Shown piece by piece: positions 45,537 through 64,000 of a stretch of DNA of 64,000 nt. The translations under genes and the position numbers were made by a program. Position 1 is the stretch's first letter, and each line of letters begins with the position of its first letter. The notes under the pieces are model-generated. The model did not search any database and was not told the origin of the DNA. It saw only the letters and a program-made list of their open reading frames with translations. The DNA lies in assembly GCF_009914755.1 (NCBI RefSeq), contig NC_060925.1; one strand, 5' to 3'. The DNA comes from the human T2T-CHM13v2.0 reference genome, Homo sapiens.

Positions 45537-47057
45537 GTACAGAATTTATATTTCCTTCCTCCCAAACCAGACACAGTCTGTATCTGAAATATCTACATTT
45601 CCATTTTCCTTATTAAGTCATCTGAGAAGTCTCTCTATAGTTAACTATTGAAGGGCTGATAATTCCGTTTTCTAAGTTGATCAGTCCTGTGATGCTACTT
45701 CTTTTCCTTACTACTGGTCTTCTGGACATTTCACTTTTTGTAAGTAAATATACCATTGCAAAAAGTTAAACTTGGACTGATACATTTGTTCCTTGTTTAC
45801 GCCAAGCAAAAACTTAATGGAAAAATATTTTTAAATTGAGTAGCATGAGATTTTAAAATTATTTATAGGGATAAATTACTCATGTTTGGCATCACCAATC
45901 CTTTATCTCATATAATTAAAATTTATTTGTATGCATAGCTTCTCGTGGTTACTGAGAGTGAGTTCTAGGGCCAAGTTCTAGATTTTTAATAAGAGTTGGA
46001 TGTTCAACTTTGTACCAGTTAATTCATTTATTAGTTGGTTTGGGGATATACTAATGCTGGCCAAATTTAACTTTTGTATTGAAGAGCCATTATGGAATAG
46101 CATAAAATTGTTTAAGTAGGAATTAAAGTTTTTTAAAAAGTTCTGACTTCTTTTCTGCCACATACTAAGCAAAAGACCTGGACAAATCTAAGGCTCAGCT
46201 TCCTTGTCATTTGGGCAGGATAATACCTTCTCCATCATAGTTATTTGAAGATCAAATGAGATGACAGCTGTGTAAGTTCTATATAGGAAATGATACTAAC
46301 CTAAGGTGGCTTTTGTGTGTATATATCACCATCTGCTGGTGAATAATGGCTAATTATTTGTGCCTGCAAATTCTGGATGTGGAGCCTTAAAAATCTTGGA
46401 TAGGGATTACCATAGAAGCATTTATTTTGTACCATAATTATTTTACCTATGCCTAGCACAGAGCAGTCAGTGTCTTCCCTTAAAATTTCAAATTCAAGAG
46501 TTATTCAATCAACAAATATTTATTGAGAGCTTTCCTGTGTTGGACACTATTCTAGGGACTAGGAATATAACAGCAAATTAGAATCTCATCCCTCACACAC
46601 GTTAATATGAAAATGGGAAATCCTTAGCTTCTAAAAATGTAGAATTCTTATTTAGAAGGCAATCAGGAACAACAGGATTTTGAGAAAAAGTATTGTGGCA
46701 GCAGTAGATGATTTAGCAGTGGCATGGTATGGTGAAGAGGGTAAAAATCTGGTTCTGTCATTTCATAGCTGTCAGTCTGAGCAAATAACTTCTCTGACCT
46801 CAGTTTCTTCATGTCTAAAAATATAGATGATATTATCTAATCATAGTGTTACTGGCAATAGTAGGCACTCAAAATAAATGTCAGTTTCCTTTCCATCTTA
46901 TAAAATATGCTTAAAGTAGAAATAAAGAGGCAAGAGGTCAGCAGGACAGTGTTTCTAGTAACCCTGGGAGAATATGTTTTGCTTCAGTATAAGAGGAATC
47001 TAGATAAATTAATGATCAATCAAAGGAAAAAAGAAATATTTAATGATTCAAGAATCT

Positions 47058-47645
<588 letters not shown>

Positions 47646-48114
47646 ATTTAAAAATCTGGCTTGAACTAAAATCTTTAGCTCCTATTACTAATTTCTATTG
47701 CATAATAATATTGATTGATTGGAGGACTTGGTCAATATCCCATTCCCTGTTCATTGAACAGTGTCCCAAATGCAGATAGTGACTAAGGAAAAGCAGTGTC
47801 TGGACAATCAAGAGGTGACTTAATTGTGTCTCAGAAAAATGTATAATGAATGTGTGTGTGTTTTCTGGAAAAAAAAAAAAAAGCTTAAATTATATGAGAT
47901 GCATTCCCTGGCTTTCTTGCTTTGGAAAAAGCCACCCTCAGTGAGTGAATTTCTTTCAGTAAGTAGGAAAAAATTCCAAATGACATTTTATGTCCTTAAA
48001 TTGGTAACAATGGCCTCTTCTGTGGCACCATATTTCTCTGGTACTGTATCACTGTAATCTGGTACTGTATCACATGTAATACTTCATGTCCCATGTTTAT
48101 TTGTGTTTTTGTAG

Positions 48115-48212
48115 CAAGAGCAGTATGAAAGTACCATCGGATTCAAACTTCCCAGTTACCGAGCAGCTAAGAAATTATGGAAAGTCTGTGTAGAACATCA
48201 CACGTTTTTCAG
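48115..48212 (+). CDS. EPB41: EPB41 exon 11 (98 nt), end of FERM domain with [16 protein letters not shown] calmodulin-binding peptide
   Basis: tttttgtag|CAAGAG...TTTTTCAG|gtatta; [32 protein letters not shown](R); phase 0-2. Confidence 0.97.
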
Positions 48213-48543
48213 GTATTATTCTCACTTAAGTATTTTTCAAGGATAAATTATTTATAACGTTTCTATTTTAAGCCTGCTATTAAAATTCCTTTCATTGTAT
48301 GACTGGCACTCTTTTATTTAGCTCAGGTGAGATCATCTTAAGCAAGACAAAATGAATCCATTTCTCTCCCTTTGGGTTGAAAAGTATGCCTCAACATTTC
48401 CAAAGCACCTGTCTGTGTATGGTAGAAGGAAGAGAGGAGTAAGGAATGGGAACCTGTATTTACCAGGGACTCTGGGATTGCATTAATTGTAGCTAAAGTC
48501 AGTCCGATTAAGGGGAGTTACCCTCACTTACCTCCACGTGTGA

Positions 48544-50330
<1,787 letters not shown>

Positions 50331-51543
50331 AATAAACTTGATTCTTTAAGAGAAAGAGAGAGAGAGATAATCCTGATATCTTTTCCTTCTATTTATATTT
50401 TCATATAATAGCACTATAGCACAGTCAACGAGAAGAAAATTCAAGGAAATTAATATTTCAATTATTTCAAAATAAAACATGAGGGTACATTTTACACCCA
50501 ATTAAAGAATCTTAATTATTGGCATTAACACATTTATTTATGCTTTCATCATCTCTCCTTCTTTAAAATCAAACCACAAAAGTAGAATTTTTTAAAAAGA
50601 GCAAGGAGGAGTAAAAAAGTGATTTTTGAATGTCTAATAACTGTGGTATAGATTTCAGCTGCAGCCAGTATACTTACTTGTAGGATGGCATATTTAAATC
50701 CATTGCATCAAAATAAGAGAATACCTTAAAATCTAATGCTCCCTTACATAAAAGTATATGTTTGCTGAATTGAAATCAATTACCTCAAAGGGAAAAATAC
50801 TCTCTTTTTGGTAGTATTTGATGTAGTAATTTATGTCCTTATTCAACAAATATTTATTGGATATCATATTTATGCCAGGCACTATGCCAGAAGCAAAAAC
50901 ACAAAGATGAATAAGCCATGGTCTTTGTTCTTTACTCCTAGAGAATTCAGTCTTATAGGGGAGACCAGCATAGAAATAGATTGTTTTAATTCAGTATGGT
51001 ACAAAGAGTACATAGAGTACCATATAGGAAAAAGATGGGGTTCCCAACTGAGTTTAAAAATACACCAAATAACCTGTTAAATAGATTACCAGGCATTAAT
51101 TGAGTTTGGAGTGCATTTGACAAAACTGTCATTCCAGGAGAGTGGAAAAAGAGCTCTGGGCTTCGACTTTGTTACTGCCCAATGTCCTAACAGCTGTGTG
51201 ACCTTAAGTAACTTCTTTTTTGAGGTTCAGTTTCCTATATCTATAAAATGGGGAAAACATTATAAGGATGTAGTAAAAATACTGCAGTGCTGTAAAAACA
51301 TTTTGAAAACTGTAAGGCCCTTTCTATAGAGCTATAAATAAAATTAATATAGGTCCCAACTGGTTGCTTTGAGAAATGACAAAGAACTAAAATAATGATT
51401 ACTTGATTGAAAATTTCTTAGTAACTATATGGAAACCCTGAGAATTGTGAAACTTTTTTATTCTTGATTTTGTTTTTAATTTTACAGTTTTAGAATAATA
51501 AGATGAATATATAATAATATGACTATTACGATTTTCCCCCCAG

Positions 51544-51716
51544 ATTGACATCTACAGACACCATTCCCAAAAGCAAATTTCTTGCGCTAGGATCCAAATT
51601 TCGATACAGTGGCCGGACTCAAGCTCAGACCAGGCAAGCTAGTGCTCTAATTGACAGGCCTGCCCCACACTTCGAGCGTACAGCAAGTAAACGGGCGTCC
51701 CGGAGCCTCGATGGAG
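51544..51716 (+). CDS. EPB41: EPB41 exon 12 (173 nt), FERM-adjacent (16 kDa) domain
   Basis: ttttcccccccag|ATTGACA...GATGGAG|gtttgt; (R)[57 protein letters not shown]; phase 2-1. Confidence 0.96.
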
Positions 51717-51820
51717 GTTTGTATTGAATATTAATGATTTCTTGTGATCATAATTCATTTGGAAAGATAAAGGAAGTGCAATTATCTATAAGAGAACCGA
51801 ATTAAAGAAGCTCAGGGTTG

Positions 51821-53847
<2,027 letters not shown>

Positions 53848-53918
53848 TTACCAGTGTACAAGCCTATGCTATCTACTGTAAAAGCAAGATACATGTTGTT
53901 ATGTGCATATATAGTGTG

Positions 53919-54009
53919 CAGAGTGGGACGCCGTCTCAAAAAAAAAAAAGAAGCTCAGTGGTAAAATGAAAGGGATCTTACTAATTGTCTAATCTTAATA
54001 GAACCATCT
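53919..54009 (+). repeat. Dispersed ~90-bp copy of 52085-52173 inserted at the head of a MIR (about 53905-54270)
   Basis: aagaagctcagtggtaaaatgaaagggatcttactaattgtctaatcttaatagaa is identical at both sites. Confidence 0.93.
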
Positions 54010-54709
54010 ATTAATAGAACAGGTTAAGGATTTGGGTTCTGGAATCAGACAGACCTGATTCCAATATCAACCCTAGCATTTATGAGCTATGTTCCTAGGC
54101 AAATTACTTCATTTCTCTGTGCCTCAGTTTTATCATTTGTAAAATGGAGATGATGATAGTATCATACTACCTCAAAGAGTTTTCATGAGGAATAAATGAG
54201 GTGGCATATGTATGGTATTTAGCACAATGGCTGCCACTTAATGAGTTCCCCCCACAAAATGTTAGCTATCATTAAGATACTGTTTTTCTGGCTGTAACAT
54301 TTGTATCATCTGGAACCATGCTACTATATTCTGGTTTGTAGATGTATGCAGACCCTCTCATGAGATATGTAGACCATTGTACAGCAGCCATAGTCACCAT
54401 TTGGAAGTTCCCTACTAATTGAGCAAGTATTTCTTTCCATGATGTGAGGAAATTTTATAATAGAATGTGAAAAGATCATTTTTACAATGTTCCTCTTGGT
54501 TTCATAGTTTAGTCATCTCTTGTGCTAGGTAATGAGCTAGGTGCAAGAGATATTATAGTGAGAGTCCCTGCCCTCATTCAATTCTTAACCTAATGGAGGA
54601 TATTATAATATTCATCATAGTGGAAGAAACAAGGCATTATGAGAGCATATGTCCTTAATTTAGAGGAATCAGGAAGGGGTCAGCCACATTTGGAAAAAAG
54701 ATCACCTAA

Positions 54710-54976
<267 letters not shown>

Positions 54977-55284
54977 TAGGCTAGTCTTGAACTCCTGGCC
55001 TCAAGTAATCTGCCTGCCTCAGCCTCCCAAAGTGCTGAGATTATAGACATGACACCCCCCAACTTTTTTTTTTTTGGTGTTTTTCTACTCTCCTGAGGGG
55101 CTGTTTTAATAGTAACAATACAAGGCATGTTGCATGCTTTGTCTTAATCTTCATGAAAACACTATGAACTAGGCTTGGAGATTAAAATGACTTTTCATAA
55201 GACGTGACATCTGGTAAATGGAAGTGCTAAGAGTGAAATTCAGGTTGGTTTAACTCCAAAACTCATGTTCTTTCAGATACATAT

Positions 55285-56345
55285 TTATTACTTTGTTCAA
55301 CAATTTTTCCTATGGGCCAGATGGTATTCCAGTCACTAGAGATACAGCCGTGAGCACACAAACATAGTCTCTGCCTTCATGGAGCTTACCTTCTGTCATT
55401 GGAAACAAAGAAGAATAAAACAAAATAATTTCAGATGGTGATGAATGCTGTGGAGAAAATAAAACAGGATGAGGGATATAGACTATCTGGGGATGGGGGA
55501 AATTAAGGAGTATTTCAGATTGGATGGTCCAATCTAATTTAGAAGGCTTCTTTGAGGAGCTTCATTTGAGCTGAGACCTGAATTATGTGAAGGAGCCGGC
55601 CATCTCAAAATCTGGGGAAAGAGCCTTGCAGAAGAGGGAGTAGCAAGTACAAAGTCCTGAAGGTAGGAATGAGCTTGCCATGTGTCTAGAGCAGTGCTGT
55701 CCCATGGACCTTTCTGTGCTGATGGAAATCTTTCATTTTGTGATATCCAGTTCAGCAGCCAATAGCTGCTAAGCTAAGAACTTGAAATGTGGCTATGTGC
55801 CTGAGGAACGGAATTTTAATTCCAATTTAAATAGCCACATGTGGTGTGTAGCTCACATATCAGACAGCATAGGTCTAGATTCCAGAAAATGAAGGGGCGA
55901 GGAGTACAAAATAAGTGAGGTCGGAGAAGTAGGTGGGAGCCAGATTGTATAGGGCCTTGTGGGTCACAGTAAAGAGTTTAGATTGTATTTCATTTGCACT
56001 GGGAAGCTATTAGAGGGAGTGATGCAATCTGAATCCCATTTTTAAAAGATCGCTGACAGCTGAATAGTCCATTGAAGTGTCAGTGAAAAGCAGGGCGAAG
56101 GCTGTTGCAGAGTCTGGGACAGCCTGGACTTGAGTGTTGGCAACAAAGACAGGGAAAAGTAGTCAGGGATACATTTGGAGATAGGGCTGACTGAATTGCT
56201 GACAAATTAAGTATTGGAGATGATAAGGAAAAGAAACTCAAGTTTTATTGCTTGGCTTAATCATTTAGTAGAATGAGAAAATCTGGGAGAGTAGCAGAGT
56301 TGGGGATATGGAAAATAAAAACTCCTACTGTGGATAAGTTAAGTT
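55285..56345 (-). mobile_element. L2 fragment
   Basis: gatacagccgtgagcac...ctctgccttcatggagcttac...tttgagctgagacctgaa...agggccttgtgggtcacagtaaagagttta...gggaagctatt. Confidence 0.8.
55692..55872. mobile_element. MER3-like hAT-Charlie element nested in the L2
   Basis: cagtgctgtcc...acttgaaatgtggcta...aatagccacatgtgg...gacagcatag; 8-bp TSD gtctagag/gtctagat. Confidence 0.82.
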
Positions 56346-56849
56346 TGAGGCATAATCATTTAATCTTCATGTCTTTGCCATATTCAGATAACAATATCAG
56401 GCATCTCCCTCCTTGTCCAGTAAATCACCTTACTTCTAGTTTACCTTATGTGTGGGGAATTATCTTTTTATCCCCATTTTTCAGGTGAGAAAACTGAGGT
56501 TGGAAAGTTTAAGTGACTTGTTCAGCATCTCACAGACAGTAAGTTGCAAACTATGACAAAAATCCAGGTCTGTCTGATAGCATGTTCCATGGCTTTCCTT
56601 GCTAAATGGAGTTTCATGGTTATATAGATACTATGCCTGATGTATTGTCTTTTCCTGATAGCAAAGATAACCAAAGAGTCAAGTGTTAATGAGCTTTGGT
56701 ACCTTGAACAAGTTAGAAAGCTTTACAGAAATCACATCTTGACTGCCTTATTACATTTATATTCTGAATTTTTTTTTAAGATGTATGGTCTTAACTTTTC
56801 ATGGTAATTACCACAGTTCTTGCTACAGTGTATTTAATAAATAAATATT

Positions 56850-60890
<4,041 letters not shown>

Positions 60891-62927
60891 TTTCTTACAA
60901 CTTAACCTTAGAATGTAAGTGACTTGCCTAAGGTTACATAGCTAGTTGGAAAGAATTAGAAGGGAATCCGGGACAATTCTCCTAGGCCCATGCTTTTTAC
61001 TCTTCACCATGATGACTTCTTTTTTTTAGAAAGAGTAGAATAAAAGTTAATAGTCAATATTCCTTGAGCACTTAGTATGTTCCAGGCACTGTTCTATCTT
61101 TTAAGTATCTGAAGTGCATATAAACTGAATAGGACAATTTTTTTTTGTAGTTCTGTTTTTAAATGTCTTATTTTTCTCTTTGTACTATAGTATAAAAAGT
61201 GGAAATATGTCTGTGTAACTATTTTTCCCTCCTTTCCTTAGATACTTCTCTGTGCTCCTTAAAAGATACTTTTTCCCGTTGAGTCACCCCTCCCTTTTCA
61301 AAAGATTAATATAACTCTGTAAGCTAGAGATGGTGTATCAGGGAAACTTTTACAAGAATTGCTTTATAAGGGGTCTTATTTTAATGATAAAAATGAGCAT
61401 TCCCTTCCTCTTCTGTTATGTGTGGTGCTTAGAGCATCTGCTTCACCAGCTGGAGTACCAAAACTGGTTCAGATCCCAGTTTTATGATAGAGTAGTAAGT
61501 TGCAAGCGTAGCTAATAATGATGACAAAGATTATATTTTTCTTGCACTTTTTGCTTTTCAAACCATTTCCATGTATTCCTATTTAATACTAGCAACTTAG
61601 TCAATAAGAGAAAACATTTAGGAATTACAGTTTTACTCATGAGGAAACTGGAGCACAAAAGAAAGGGCCACACAACCAGGTAGTTCATCCATTCAGTGAG
61701 CAGTGGTTACAGTGATTCTTGCCAGGGGTGTACATCCTTATCACCTTTGGAGCTTTAAAACAAAACACATGCCCAAGCCTCACTCTTGGATAGCTCATCT
61801 CACTAGAGTGGGCCTGAGCATCATCTGATTTTTTTGTTTTTTGTCTTGAAAAACAAACATTGTATCAGAGGACACAAATGATTTATGTGGTCCTCTGATA
61901 AAAGAACCACCCTACCGCATACTAGCAGAAATTGTGCTAGTAAATAACAGCTAGAAGTAGAAGTTGTTTGCCTTTACTCAGTCTGATGGTTTGAATTTTA
62001 TTCTTTACTGCTGTAGTATATAACTATCTAAGTTTCTGTTGTCAGCCAAGAGCAATATAGTATTGAAGTTAGTGGGTCACCATCAGCATTTTTCTTTATG
62101 TAGACCCTCAGATATGGGAGATACTGGATTTTTAAAGTTATGTATTGTCTATATATGCACCAAAATCTTGTAAATATTAACAGCTGAATTAATAAAACTG
62201 AAGACCCACACATCTTAAAAAGCAATCCTTACCCCCAACACTGTGAATATACTAAAAAGCATTGAATTATATATTTTAAATGAGTGAACTGTGTGGTATG
62301 TGAATTGTATCTCAAAAAAAGCTGTTAAAAAAAGCCATGATCACTACCATGATATTATAGAGTTAATATCTTCCATATTTTACAGATGATTAAACTAAAG
62401 TTTGTAAGATTAAGCTCCACGCCTTAGGCACACTACTATATGTGACTGAGTGTGGGCCTAAGACTCGTGATTTGGCTTTTGCCTCTGTTCCACGCAGCCT
62501 TTCACAGCCAGAGCTTTTTATTGTAATGTTATTATTTTTCCAATCTGTGAACTCTGTTTCTGTCAGTTTCCACACTAATACCTTCTTTTCCACATACAGT
62601 ACAGATTGCCAAGGCTAGGAATGCTGAAGACATAAATCATTTGGCTCTGCAGTATTAGTACTGGATTGAAACCAAAGACAAGTGGCAAAATAACACATGG
62701 TGAAAGCATGGGCTAAGTTTCTATGATGCCAGGCATAGTTGAATTAATTCTTTGAGAGGAGGTGTGAATACACATGTATAATGATACTTAAACACAACTG
62801 TGAGCAAAATATTTTGTCACATTCCCCTGTGTTGTCAGGTTTGGTCTGCCATCTGCCACTCTTGCAGTGACTGCTTAAAGCACCCATTAGTAGTAGCTCT
62901 GTGCTAATCCAGAGTTATTACTACTAA

Positions 62928-64000
<1,073 letters not shown>

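Overview
Primate (almost certainly human) genomic DNA from the middle of EPB41 (protein 4.1R), transcribed on the + strand. I can read nine coding exons with GT-AG boundaries and consistent phases (classical exons 4-12). They encode the end of the N-terminal headpiece, the downstream start codon AUG2 (MHCK...), the whole FERM domain and the FERM-adjacent region. An 80-nt alternative exon (classical exon 3) lies at 1312-1391. Exons 1-2 and 13 onward are outside the window. The introns hold roughly 65-70 Alu copies or fragments (eye count), plus L1M, L2, MIR, MER31 and MSTA LTRs, and hAT/Tigger DNA-transposon relics. Most ORFs in the supplied track are Alu or other repeat artefacts. I do not see a wholly new biological system. 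The best second-look items are: the frame logic of exon 3; inverted Alus around the phase-symmetric, AUG2-bearing exon 4 (candidate stop-less circular RNA); unusual 3' splice sites at exons 4, 5, 8 and 11; a near-consensus AluYa5; an ultra-truncated poly(A) insertion with an 18-bp TSD; and a ~90-bp templated copy of an Alu tail plus flank. Repeat coordinates and family calls are by eye and approximate.
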